A DNA stretch of 64,000 nucleotides from Malacoraja senta (taxonomy: Eukaryota), in NCBI GenBank assembly GCA_038087875.1, contig CM075994.1:11472001-11536000 (forward strand), given 5' to 3'. The notes beneath the pieces were generated by a model. That model was not told where the DNA came from. It saw only the letters and a list, made by a program, of their open reading frames with translations, and did not search any database. Below are positions 50,766 to 64,000 of the stretch, in pieces (position 1 is the first letter of the stretch; each line of letters begins with the position of its first letter). Position numbers and translations under genes: made by a program.

Positions 50766-52773
50766 TATATTTATAAAATTGATCTTAGGTTGTGTTTTAT
50801 ATGTGTTTTTGTTTTTTTCATTTTTTATATCTCCCTTTGATTTTTTCTTTTTTGTTAATTATTTTTCGGTTTTTATTGGGGCTAGTTTGGTAAATTTATA
50901 TAAGCAAAGATAAAATATGTAACGGGCTGTAGTTTTTTATGAGGATCTATTAAGGAGTTGGAGCTCAATGTATAACAACATCAATGGAAGTCTATACATT
51001 TTTCGCCACCTTAGGTGGCTATTCGTCTTTAGGATATCTTTTCTTAGATATCTTAAGAGCACTTTTTTTTACTATAAAGACTTTTATTCGCACACTTTTT
51101 TGTAATCAAATTTATATCACATCTTTCTTTTCTTTTTCAAAGGCACTGCACAAGAAGGATATGCTATATAAATCTAAAAAATTGGCATGACCACCCAACG
51201 CCCAGAACTCTGAGGTATTTGGTTGCACCATATGATTCAGGAATATTATTTTCATATATAATGGAAGACGATAGACATAGAAAAAATGGAGGAATTACAT
51301 TCTGTAGTTGGAATACAAGGGGTGCCAATGAATCAATTAAGAGGGGTAAAATTTTTGCTCAACTAAAATCTATGAATAGCGACATAATGTTTATTCAGGA
51401 AACTCACATGAAACAACAAACACAAATGAGATTAAAGGCGAAGTGGATAGGTCAAACATATTATTCGTCATTTAATTCTAAATCTAGAGGTACGGCTATT
51501 CTTATCCGAAAAGGTATACATTTTAAATTAAAGAATACTATATCTGATAAAGAGGGAAGGTATATTATAGTTTCGGGAGAAATTTATGCAACCCCGCTAA
51601 CTATGATAAATAGTTACGCTCCGAACTTTGACAACCCCAAATTTGTTGACAAAATTATAGATATAATATCAGAGTTTAATTATCAGAATGTGATAATAGG
51701 AGGGGACTTCAATTGTGTTTTAGATCCGTATCTAGACAAACCATTAAAACAAAAGAGGAGTAATTTAAAATCTAAGACTAGTGAACTTTTAAATACATAT
51801 ATAAAAAACACTAATATAGTAGAGGTATGGAGATCTGCTAATCCAGCTGGAAGGGAATATTCGTTTTACTCTTCGGTACATAAAACTTATTCAAGAATTT
51901 ATTATCTTTTAGTGGACATGAAATTAATGCCATATACAATTAATCCAACATACCACATTAGTAGTATTTCTGATCACTCCCCATTGACATTTTCAGTAAA
52001 ATTCGAGGGAATGCCGGGTAAAACATGTTTTTGGAGGTTTAATACATATATTTTAAATGACATACAAGGTTATCAATATTTAAAACAACAAATGAAACTT
52101 TTTTTTGATACAAATGGTATGCCAGGTACCTCGCCTTCTTTATTATGGGAAACTTTTAAGGCATTTATTAGAGGAATTATAATTTCATACGAAATTTTTC
52201 AAAATAAAAAGAATAAGACAGAACAAATGTTGCTAGAACAAGAAATTAGACAGTTTGAGTTAGATAAGGCTAAAGACCCCACTATAGATAAACATAATTT
52301 ATTAATATTACTGAAATTTAAACTTAATCGTATTCTATCGGCAAGAGTAATAAGATTATTCCAAATTACAAAACAGGAACATTTTGAGTTTGGTGACAAA
52401 CCACATAAGCTGTTAGCTCGTCAACTGAAAAAACAAGAAAAAGTAAATACTATAAATAAAATTAAATCAGAGAATGGTGAATTACTAATACTGCCTAAAG
52501 ATATTAATAAAAGATTTGCTCAATTTTATCAACATTTACATACATCAAAAACTAAAATAGAAGATAGTAAATTTTTTTTTTTTTAGATAATTGTAATCTT
52601 CCAAAACGACCTTTTGGAACAAGAGGAACTTGGAGCGCAAATTACAATCGAAGAAATAGGTGAAACAATAAAATCGTTGAAAAATGGTAAGACACCGGGA
52701 CCAGACGGTTTTAGTAATGAATTTTATTAAAAAAATCATGAAATAACGACTCCTTATTAATTAAATTTATATA

Positions 52774-55243
52774 CCATATAACCATATAACCATTACAGCA
52801 CGGAAACAGGCCATCTCGGCCCTTCAAGTCCGTGCCGAACATTTGTTTTTATTTTTTATGTTTTATTTAATTTTTATTTTATTTTATTTTTTTAAATAAA
52901 TACTTCCCCCTAGTCGCATCTACCTGCACTCAGACCATAACCCTCCATTCCTTTCCCGTCCATATACCCATCCAATCTATTTTTAAAGGATAAAATCGAA
53001 CCAGCCTCCACCACTTCCACTGGAAGCTCATTCCACACAGCTACCACTCTCTGAGTAAAGAAGTTCCCCCTAATGTTCCCCCTAAACTTCTGTCCCTTAA
53101 TTCTCAAGTCATGTCCCCTTGTTTGAATCTTCCCTACTCTCAATGGAAAAAGCTTATCCACGTCAACTCTGTCTAACCCGCTCATAATTTTAAAGACCTC
53201 TATCAAGTCCCCTCTTAACCTTCTGCGCTCCAAAGAATAAAGACCTAACTTGTTCAACCTTTCTCTGTAACTTAGTTGCTGAAACCCAGGCAACATTCTA
53301 GTAAATCTCCTCTGTACTCTCTCTATTTTGTTGACATCCTTCCTATAATTAGGCGACCAAAATTGTACTCCATACTCCAGAATTGGCCTCACCAATGCCT
53401 TGTACAATTTTATCATTACATCCCAACTTCTATATTCAATGCTCTGATTTATAAAGGCCAGCATCCCAAAAGCTTTCTTTACCACCCTATCTACATGAGA
53501 TTCCACCTTCAGGGAACTATGCACAGTTATTCCTAGATCCCTCTGTTCAACTGCATTCCTCAATTCTCTACCATTTACCATGTCCGTCCTATTTTGATTT
53601 GTCCTGCCGAGATGTAGTACCTCACATTTATCAGCATTAAACTCCATCTGCCATCTTTCAGCCCACTCTTCCAAATGGCCTAAATCTCTCTGCAGACTTT
53701 GCAAATCTACTTCATTATCCACCACACCACCTATCTTAGTATCATCTGCTTACTTACTAATCCAATTTTCCACACCATCATCCAGATCATTGATGTACAT
53801 GACAAACAACAGTGGACCCCTGAGGCACCCCACTATTCACCGGCCTCCAAACTGACAAACAGCCATCCACCATTACTCTCTGGCATCTCCCATTCAGCCA
53901 CTGTTGAATCCATCTTGCTACTCCACCATTAATACCCGACAATTAAATCTTCTTAACCAACCTTCCATGAGGAACCTTGTCAAAGGCCTTACTGAAGTCC
54001 ATATAGACAACATCCACTGCTTTACCCTCATCAATTTCCCTAGTAACCTCTTCGAAAAATTCTAGAAGATTAGTCAAACATGACCTTTCAGGCACAAATC
54101 CATGTTGACTGTTCCTAATCAGACCCTGCTTATCCAGATGCTTATATATATTATCTTTAAGTATCCTTTCCATTAATTTGACCACCACTGACGTCAAACT
54201 AACAGGTCTATAATTGCTAGGTTTACTCTTAGAACCCTTTTTAAACAACGGAACAACATGCGCAGTACGCCAATCCTCCGGCACTATTCCCGTTTCTAAT
54301 GAAATTTGAAATATTTCTGTCATAGCCCCTGCTATTTCTACACTAACTTCCCTCAATGTCCTAGGGAATATCCTGTCAGGACTTGGAGACGTATCCGTTT
54401 TCATATTTTTCAAAAGTGTCCGCACCTCCTCTTCTTTGAATCTCATAGTTTCCATTGCTACTCTACTTGTTTCCCTTACCTCACATAATTCCATATGCTT
54501 CTCCTTGGTGAATACCGAAGAAAATAAATTGTTCAATATCTCCCCCATCTCTTTTGGCTCTGCAGATAGCTGTCCACTCTGACTCTCTAATGGACCAATT
54601 TTATTCCTTGTTATCCTTTTGCTATTAATATAGCTGAAGAAACCCTTTGGATTTACTTTCACCTTACTTGCCAAAGCAACCTCATATCTTCTTTTAGCTT
54701 TTCTAATTTATTTCTTAATATTCTTTTTACATTCTTTATACTGCTCAAGCACCTCATTTACTCCATGCTGCCTATAATTATTGTAGATCTCTCTCTTTTT
54801 CCGAACCGTGTCCAATTTCCCTTGAAAACCATGGCTCTTTCCAATTTTTACTATTTCCTTTCAACCGAACCGGGACATAAAGATTCTGTACTCTTAAAAT
54901 GTCACCCTTAAATGTCCTCCATTTCTCTTCTACATCCTTCCCATAAAACAACATGTCCCAATTCACGCCTTTTAAATCCTTTCGCATCTCCTCAAAGTTA
55001 GCCTTTCTCCAATCAAAAATTTTAACCCTAGGTCCAGTTCTGACCCTCTCCATAATTATATTGAAACTAATGGTATTGTGATCACTGGACCCGAAGTGCT
55101 CCCCGACGCTTACCTCCGCCAACTGCCCTGTCTCATTTCCTAACAGGAGGTCCAGCACTGCCCCTTCTCTAGTAGGTACCTCTATGTATTGCTGCAAAAA
55201 ACTATCCTGCACACATTTTACAAACTCCAAACCATCCAGCCCT
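52774..55243 (-). mobile_element. 5'-truncated CR1 inserted in L1 ORF2 (copy C only)
   Basis: ORFs 52910-53725, 53943-54674, 54778-55254; (TTATATGG)n tail; TSD about TTTATAT. Confidence 0.93.
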
Positions 55244-55268
55244 TTTATATTCACGCTTTTAAAGAAAA

Positions 55269-56696
55269 CTAGACCAAGTGCAGACCCGTTGGGTCTGGTC
55301 CCCGAAAGTGCTTGACACCCCGGGGTGTTGTTCCCGAACGTGCTTCAGACCCCGGGGTGAAAATCTGCTGAAAAAAAGATGGCGTCATTTTCGGAAAAAA
55401 TCGGAGAAAATCGGAGAAAAAAAGATGGCGTCGTTTTCGGAGAAAATCGGAGAAAAAAAGATGGCGTCGTTTTCGGTGAAAATCGGAGACAATCGGAGAA
55501 AATCACATGGGGGTGGGGGGGGGGATGGATTTTATTAAAAAAACGTGTACATAAACAGGACCGAATTTAATCAGGAGTGGCTATTCGTAAAGATAAATGT
55601 CATGTCTTTGGAAATGGTAAAAAATATGGCCCTTTCCGCGCGCTGTGTGGGCCAGGGGCGGTATCAAAGGCGGCGTACGGACGTACAGACGTACAGACGT
55701 ACAGACGTACAGACGTACAGACGGACGACAGCCAGAGAGTTTTAAAAGTATACTTGACCAAGTGCAGACCCGTTGGGTCTGGTCCCCGAAAGTGCTTGAC
55801 ACCCCGGGGTGTTGTTCCCGAACGTGCTTCAGACCCCGGGGTGAAAATCTGCTGAAAAAAAGATGGCGTCGTTTTCGGAAAATATCGGAGAAAATCGGGG
55901 AAAAAAAGATGGCGTCGTTTTCGGAGAAAATCGGAGAAAAAAAGATGGCGTCGTTTTCGGAGAAAAACGGAGACAATCGGAGAAAATCACATGGGGGTGG
56001 GGGGGGGATGGATTTTATTAAAAAACGTGTACATAAACAGGACCGAATTTAATCAGGAGTGGCTATTCGTAAAGATAAATGTCATCTCTTTGGAAATGGT
56101 AAAAAAATATGGGCCTTTCCGCACGCCGTGTGGGCCAGGGGCGGTATCAAAGGTGGCGTACGGACGTACAGACGTACAGACGTACAGACGTACAGACGTA
56201 CAGACGGACGACAGCCAGAGAGTTTTAAAAGTATACTAGACCAAGTGCAGACCCGTTGGGTCTGGTCCCCGAAAGTGCTTGACACCCCGGGGTGTTTTTC
56301 CCGAACGTGCTTCAGACCCCGGGGTGAAAATCGGCGAAACAAAGATGGCGTCGTTTTCGGAAAAAATCGGAGAAAATCTGCGAAAAAAAGATGGCGTCGT
56401 TTTCGGAGAAAATCGGCGAAAAAAAGATGGCGTCGTTTTCGGAGAAAATCGGAGACAATCGGAGAAAATCACATTGGGGTTGAGGGGGTGATGGATTTTA
56501 TTAAAAAACGTGTACATGAACAGGACAGAATTTAATCAGGAGTGGCTATTCGTAAAGATAAATGTCATCTCTTTGGAAATGTGTGGGCCAGGGGCGGTAT
56601 CAAAGGCGGCACGGGTCAAGCAGAACGTTGGACGTACAGACGTACAGACGTACAGACGGACGACAGCCAGAGAGTTTTAAAAGTATAATAAGATAG

Positions 56697-56744
<48 letters not shown>
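55269..56744 (-). mobile_element. Second Helitron trimer, opposite orientation
   Basis: Units start at 55269, 55753 and 56236; (GATA)n end; empty site AAAGAAAA|TAAACT near 33764. Confidence 0.92.
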
Positions 56745-56747
<3 letters not shown>

Positions 56748-59700
56748 ACTACCTGAAACATTAGCAGAATCAACTATTACGCTTATTCCAAAAAAAGATA
56801 AAGATCTAGAGGATCCGGGCTCATATAGAGCTGTATCACTTTTAAATACAGATCAGAAAATTCTAGCAAAGAATTTAGCCAGAAGACTAAGCAAATATAT
56901 TAGTAAATTGATAAACCCTGATCACTGGGTTTATACCCAAAAGATATACATTTAATAATTTGAGACGCTTGTTTAATATAATGTACTCACATAAAGTAGA
57001 GGAAGAAGATATATCAATTATTTCTTTGGACGCAGAGAAGGCATTTGATCAGGTAGAATGGCAGTATTTATACAAAGTATTGCAAATATTTAATATGGGA
57101 GAGAATTTTATTACATGGGTGAAATTATTATATGATAAGCAGATGGCAAGAATATTAACTAATAATATCTTATCTCAAAAATTTCAATTATCAAGGGGCA
57201 ATAGGCAGGGATGTGCGTTATCACCCCTGCTATTCGCCCTTATGATAGAACCTTTGGCCGAAAGTATAAGAAGTCATCCGAATATTCAGGGTTATAATAC
57301 TAGGGACTCAAATAATAACATTTCATTATATGCAGACGATATTCTTTTATATATTACAAAATCACAAACGAGCATACCAAATTTATTAAACTTAATAGTG
57401 GAATTTGGGTCCTTTTCTGGATATAGAATAAATTGGAATAAAAGTGAAATCATGACGTTAAAACCTCAAGAACCTACACACTTATTGAAGTTCCCCTTTA
57501 AAATAGCAACAGAAAAATTTAAATATCTGGGTATTCAGATTACTAGAAAACATAAAGCATTATTCAATGCTAATTTTATACCTTTATTAAACAAACTTAA
57601 TATACTGATTAAATTTTGGAAAACACTTCCTTCATCATTAATAGGTAGAATAAATGCTATAAAAATGATCTTTCTACCACAACTATTATACCTATTTCAA
57701 TGGGATAGTTTAGGAATTAAAAGGATCGGGGATATGTATGAAATGGGAAATTTATTATCATTTCAATAATTACAATTAAAATTTAAATTGAAAAACAACC
57801 ATTATTTTAAATATCTTCAGATTTGCGATTTCTTGAAGAAATACATACAAGGATATCAAAAAATAACTCCTGATTTATTGGAAGAAGCAATGAATATTAA
57901 AGCTGATGCACAAAAATTTATATCATATTTATATAATAGTATTTTAAATATAGACCTACCAGCGACAGAGGTATTTAGAGAAGAGTGTGAACGGGAATTA
58001 ATGATAAAAATTACGAAGGTTACATGGGAAAAGTATTTGATATACATTCACAAATGTTCGTTTAATGCAAGACATAATCTAATTCAATTAAAAATTTTAC
58101 ATAGATTATATTATTCAAAAACAAGATTAAATAAATTCTATCCAAATATATCCCCCACTTGCGATAAGTGTTTAACCCAAAACGCAACTATAACACACTC
58201 TTTTGTTTCCTGTATAAAACTTTATAGATTCTGGAGTGATATTTTCGAAATATTTACAACATTATTTAAGATAAAAATGGAACCTAATAATGAATTGATT
58301 ATATTTGGGGTAATGGAAGATGGAAATAAATTGAATCCATCTCAGAAATTATTTTTAAATTATGGTTTAAGAATAGCAAAAAAATTCATACTTAAATCTT
58401 GGAAAAAATACACCAATACCAACGCTCAAAATGTGGATTGCAAGTATGTTGGACACCGCACATCTTGAGGAAATGCGAATCCTCCTAATAGATAAATCTG
58501 ACAAATTTATAACGAGTTGGTCTCCATTTGTCGTCTTTTTGGAATCATATGGTGCAACACAATTGTAAAAGCCAACTGTCTCGTGACTGGGCGAGGGATG
58601 GTCAAGATTATAAATAAGATCTCCTTACTTCTTTTTTCTTTTTCTTCCTTTTTTCTTTTACTCTCTTTTTCCTATTTTCTACTCTTTAACTTTCTTCTTT
58701 CATTCTCTATTCTTCTTCTCCACACACTATATATCTCACGTTTTTCTATACTTTATTATCTAATTTATTTTTCTTTTTCCTGTCTACTATAATAAAAAAA
58801 GAAGCTGTACATAAAATGTATTATGAAAATATGAGTGTATACAATTGTACATACTTCTAATAAAATAAAAATATTTAAAATAAATATTTAAAAAAAGATA
58901 AATCGGAATTTCGCAATCTCATATCCCGTCTCATCATTTAGATATAGCTCTAAGGGCTAACTAAATCAAGGGATATGGGGGGAAAGCAGGAACGGGATAC
59001 TGATTCTGGATGATCAGCCATATTCGTATCGAATGGCGGTGTTGGCTCAAAGGGCTTAATGGCCTACTCATGTATATATTGTCTATGTTTCTCTGCTTAG
59101 ACTGATTTCACTTGATCTGCACTCGTGCAATCTCAGTCCGGATGAAGGATCTCGATCCGTCAATCTCCAATCTCAATCTCAATCTCCTGTGTCTGTGTTT
59201 TCTGAAACATTTGTCCTCGTTATTGAACAACAAAAATAGACAGTAAACCATAATCCGCCTACTGCGCTGTTACTTTCGAATTTATCGTATTGCGTGCGTG
59301 CGGAGTACTATCGGCAATGACAATTGTTGCAAGCAAAATAAATAATTCAGATAACATGACAATTAAATATTACTGTGCCGTTGCTGGGAATTGCAGTTAG
59401 GCTGCCCTTCAGAAACCAAAATAATCACGTTCCATATAAAGGTGGAAAGAGAATTCCTGCCAGGGTTTTTATTTGAGTATCTTTCACAGTCATCATGGAC
59501 ACATGATATTGTGTGGTCATTTTTTGGCAACAATGCAGGTGATTGTTGTGATACAAATTAATGAATCGACATTAAGGCCATGAATGCCGAGAGATATCAT
59601 TAGCTGACGAAGCATGGTACTCTTATAGATGTTTCTAGGGAAGTGTGTATCGCGGTATTCCTCATCAGTAATGTCACCCGAAATATAGACGAGAAACTTG

Positions 59701-61336
59701 ACTATTCAATCCCTATAAGACTGCAGACTGATTAACAGTTTTCTGGTTTAAAAGCATTATATATGAATACGCGATGTATAAGAAATAAAGTGGATGAACG
59801 AGGCTCAGTTAGAGATTGGTATATATGACATTGTGGGGATTACAGATACATGGCTGCAGGAGGATTAGGGTTGTGAACTGAATATTCAGGGTTATACGTC
59901 CTTCAGAAAGGACAGGCAGATGGGCAGAGGAGGTGGGGTAGCTCTGTTGGTGAGGGATGAAATGTAGACCCTTGCGAGGGATGACATAGGGACTGGAAAT
60001 GAGGAATTGTAAAGGTAAGAAGACACTAATGGGAGCTATCTACAGCCCCCCACGCAGTAGCCGGGATATAGGGTGCAACTTGCAGCAGGAGTTAGAAATG
60101 TCATGTAACAAAGGTAATGCCACTTTGGTTATGGGAGATTTCAATATGCAGGTAGACTGGGAATATCAGGTTGAGTCTGGACCCCAAGAAAGGGAGTTTG
60201 TAGAGTGCCTCCGAGATGGATTCTTAGAGCAGCTTGTATTGGAGCCTATCTGAGAGAAGGCAATTCTGGATTTCGTGTTGTCTAATGAACCAGATTTAAT
60301 AAGGGAACTCAAGGTAAAGGAATCGCTCGCAGGTAGTGACCCTAATATGATAAGTTGAATCTGCAATTCGAGAGGGAAAAGGTTAAATCAGAATTGTCAG
60401 TGTTGTATTTGAACATGTGGGACTATGAAGGCATGAGAGAGGAGCTAACCAAGGTCGGCTTGAAAAGGATCCTAGCAGGAATGACGATGGAACAGCAATG
60501 GCAGGTATTTCTGGGCATAATCCAGAAGATGCAGGATCATTTCATTCCAAAGAGGAAGAAAGATTCTAAGGGGAGTAAGAGGCAACCGTGGCAGACAAGG
60601 GAAGTTAGGGAAGGTACAAAACTCGAAGAAAATATGTATAATATCGCAAAGAGTAGAGGGAAGCCAGAGGATTTGGAAACTTTCAAAGGATATCAGAAGG
60701 TAACTAAAAGGGCAATATGTGGTGAAAAGATGAAGTACGAAGTTAAGCTTGCCAATAATATAAAGAAGGATAGTAAAAAGCTTATTTAGTTAAGCGAAAA
60801 AGATTAGTACAGACAAATGTGGGTCCCTTGAAGACAGAAACAGGTGAAATTATTATGGGGAACAAGGAAATGGCAGAAGAGTTGAACAGGGACTTTGGTT
60901 CTGTCTTAAATAAGGAAGACACCAACAATCTCCCAGATATACTAGATGACAGAGGATTTAGGAAGACAGAGGAACATAAATAAATTTGCATTAGACGAGA
61001 AATAATATTGGGTAGACTGATGAGACTGAAGGCTGTAAAATGCCATGGGCCTGATGGTCTGGGCATCCCAGGGTACTCAAGTAGGTTGCTGCAGAAATCG
61101 TTGATGCATTGGTGATAATATTCCCCATTTTCTTTTGATTCAGGAACTCTTCCTGTGGATGGAGGGTAGCTAAAATTATCACAATTTTCAAGAAAGGAGC
61201 GAGAGAGAAATCGGAGAATTATAGATCAGTTAGCCTGACATCGGTGGTTGGGGGGGATGCTGGAGTCAATTATTAAAGAAGTAATAACGGCGCATTAGGA
61301 TGATAGTAATAGGATTGGTCGAAGTCAGCATGGATA

Positions 61337-62954
61337 CAGTGGCTTGCAAAAGTTTTCATACGCCTTGAACTTTTCCACATTTTGTCACGTTACAACCACA
61401 AACGTAAATGTATTTTATTGGGATTTTATGTGATAGACCAACACAAAGTTGTGCATAATTGTGAAGTGGAAGGAAAATGGTACATGGTTTTCAAATTTTT
61501 TTACAAATAAATAACTGAAAAGTGTCGCGTGCAAAAGTATTCAGCCCCCCTGAGTCAATACTTTGTAGAACCACCTTTCGCTGCAATTACAGCTGCAAGT
61601 CTTTTGGGGTATGTCTCTACCAGCTTTGCACATCTAGAGACTGACATTTTTGCCCATTTTTCTTTGCAAAATAGCTCAAGCTCAGTCAGGTTGGATGGAG
61701 AGCGTCTGTGAACAGCAATTTTCAAGTCTTGCCAGAGATTCTAAATTTGATTTAGATCTGGACTTTGACTGGGCCATTCTAACACATGAATATGCTTTGA
61801 TCTAAACCATTCCATTGTAGCTCTGGCTGTATGTTTAGGGTCGTTGTCCTGCTGGAAGGTGAACCTCCGCCCCAGTCTCAAGTCTTTTGCAGACTCTAAC
61901 AGGTTTTCTTCCAAGATTGCCCTGTATTTGGCTCCATCCATCTTCCCATCAACTCTGTCCAGCTTCCCTGTCCATGCTGAAGAAAAGCATCCCCACAGGA
62001 TGATGCTGCCACCATCATGTTTCACAGTGTGGATGGTGTGTTCAGGGTGATGTGCAGTGTTAGGTTTCCGCCACACATAGCGTTTTGCATTTAGGCCAAA
62101 AACGTCAATTTTGGTCTCATCTGACCAGAGCACCTTCCTCCACATGTTTGCTGTGTCCCCCACATGGCTTGTGGCAAACTGCAAACGGGACTTCTTATGG
62201 CTTTTTTTCAACAATAGCTTTCCTCCTGCCACTCTTCCATAAAGGCCCGATTTGTGGAGTGCACGAGTAATAGTTGTCCTGTGGACAGATTCTCCCACCT
62301 GAGCTGTGGATATCTGCAGCTCCTCCAGAGTTACCATGGGCCTCTTGGCTGCTTCTCTGATCAATGCTCTCCTTGCCCGGCCTGTCAGTTTAGGTGGACG
62401 GCCATGTCTTGGTAGGTTTGCAGTTGTGCCATACTCTTTCCATTTTCGGATGATGGATTGAACAGTGCTCCGTGAGATGTTCAAAGCTTGGGATATTTGT
62501 TTATAACCTAACCCTGCTTTAAACTTCTCTACAAGTTTATCCCTGACCTGTCTGGTGTGTTCCTTGGGCTTCATGATGCTGTTTGTTCACTAATGTTCTC
62601 TAACAAACCTCTGAGGCCTTCACAGAACAGCTGTATTTATACTGAGATTAGATTACACACAAGTGGACTCTATTTACTAATTAGGTGACTTCTGAAGGCA
62701 ATTGGTTGCACTGGATTTTATTTAGGGGTATCAGAGTAAAGAGGGCTGAATATTTTTGCACGCGACACTTTTCAGTTTTTTATTTGTAAAATTTTTTTAA
62801 AACCATGTATCATTTTCCTTCCACTTCACAATTATGCGCCACTTTGTGTTGGTCTATCACATAAAATCCCAATAAAATACATTTACGTTTGTGGTTGTAA
62901 CGTGACAAAATGTGAAAAATGTTCAAGGTGTATTAATACTTTTGCAAGCCACTG
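61337..62954 (-). mobile_element. Full-length Tc1 (DD34E, IR/DR type) DNA transposon
   Basis: CAGTG...CACTG termini, ~210 bp TIRs, TA duplication; empty site near 38362. Confidence 0.97.
61555..62574 (-). pseudogene. Tc1 transposase (339 codons) with one nonsense codon at 61741-61743
   Basis: GRPPKL, WSDE, QQDNDPKH, WPSQSPDLNQI*NLW, then open to GGSTKY*. Confidence 0.93.
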
Positions 62955-64000
62955 TATATGAAGGGGGAATCCTGCATGACTAATCTTGCGGAATTTTTTG
63001 AAGATGTGACAAGTAAAATGGATGAAGGAGAGCCAGTGGATGCAGTGTATCTGGACTTTCAAAACGCCTTTGATAAGGTCCTACAGAGGAGAATACTGGG
63101 CAAAATTGGAGCACAAGGTATTGAGGGTAGGGTAAGCCATGGATTGAGAATTGGTTGGCAGGCAGGAAACAAAGAGTAGGAATTAACGGGTCCCTGTCAG
63201 AATGGCAGACAGTGCGAGAGGAGTGCCGCAAGGCTCGTTGCTGGGGCCACGGCTATTTACAATGTCCATTAATGAATTGGATTATGGAATTAAAAGTAAC
63301 ATCAGCAAATTTGCAGATGACACAAAGCTGGGTGGCAGTGTGAACTGCGAAGAGGATGCTAGGAAGTTGCAGGGTGACCTGGACAGGTTGAGTGAGAGGG
63401 CAGATGCATGGCAGATGCAGTATAATGTAGATACATGTGAGGTTATCCACTTTGGAGGCAAGAACAAAGAGGCAGATTATTATATCAATGGTGTCAGATT
63501 AGGAAAAAGGGAAGTGCAACGAGACCTGGGTTTCCTTGTACACCAGTCATTGAAAGTAAACGTGCATTTACCGCAGGCTGCGAAGAAAGCGAATGGCATG
63601 TTGGCCGTCATAATGAGAGGATTTGAGTATAGGTCCTTCTGCTGTTTTACAGGGCCCTACTGAAACCGCATCTGGAGTATTGTGTGCAGATTTGGTCTCC
63701 TAATTTGAGGAAGGACATCCTTGCAGCGTAGGTTCACAAGGTTATTCCCGGGGGTGGCGGGACTGTCATAAGAGGAACGATTGGAAAGACTGGGCTTGTA
63801 TTGACTGGAATTTAGAAGGATGAGGGGGGATCTTGTAGAAACATATAAAATTATAAAAGGACTGGACGAGCTAGATGCAGGAAAAATGTTCCCAATGTTG
63901 GGGAAGTCCAGAACCAGGGGCCACAGTCTAAGAATAAAGGTGAGGCCATTTCAAACTGAGATGTGAAAAAAGTTTTGCATCCAGAAAGTTGTCAAATTCT

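Larger units (their letters stand above)
47481..58895 (+). mobile_element. Full-length L1/Tx1 LINE, copy C (ORF1 47686-48618; ORF2 51261-58568) with three nested insertions
   Basis: APE domain ORF 51219-52586 (QETH, GGDFN, SDHSP); RT 56960-57769 (YADD); TSD AGATAAATC. Confidence 0.95.
40961..64000 (+). repeat. Segmental duplication unit, copy C (expanded by younger insertions; runs off window)
   Basis: Same element order and junctions as copy B. Confidence 0.93.
59750..64000 (+). mobile_element. CR1 copy C, interrupted by Tc1
   Basis: Paralog of 36775-39420. Confidence 0.92.

Noticed and set aside
49156..50913. ORFs with RRTDVQTY or KKDGVVFGEN repeats (also 55278-56535)
   Set aside because: Translations of Helitron microsatellites and subrepeats, open in many frames

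Overview
Eukaryotic, transposon-saturated vertebrate DNA. The mix of CR1, L1/Tx1, Penelope, Helitron, Tc1 and fish-type ERV suggests a cartilaginous fish (inference only). No intact host gene, RNA gene or CRISPR array can be supported. The window is built on a segmental duplication: an ~18.1 kb unit (copy B, ~22870-40960) is followed in tandem by copy C (40961 to past the window end), and a partial inverted copy A lies at 1-4008, across a 200-N gap. Each full unit holds ERV env-TM/LTR remnants, a Penelope element, Helitrons, a full-length L1/Tx1 and a CR1. Comparing the paralogs gives exact empty and filled sites for two tandem-trimer Helitrons, two CR1s and a Tc1. Other highlights: two decayed gamma-type env genes (one split by a 5.4 kb insertion stack, one with an antisense duplicate), a reconstructable 2.75 kb inversion, a Helitron family carrying a correctly spaced TATA+Inr module, a candidate composite Helitron carrying Penelope, and an unexplained CpG-rich ~370 bp repeat.
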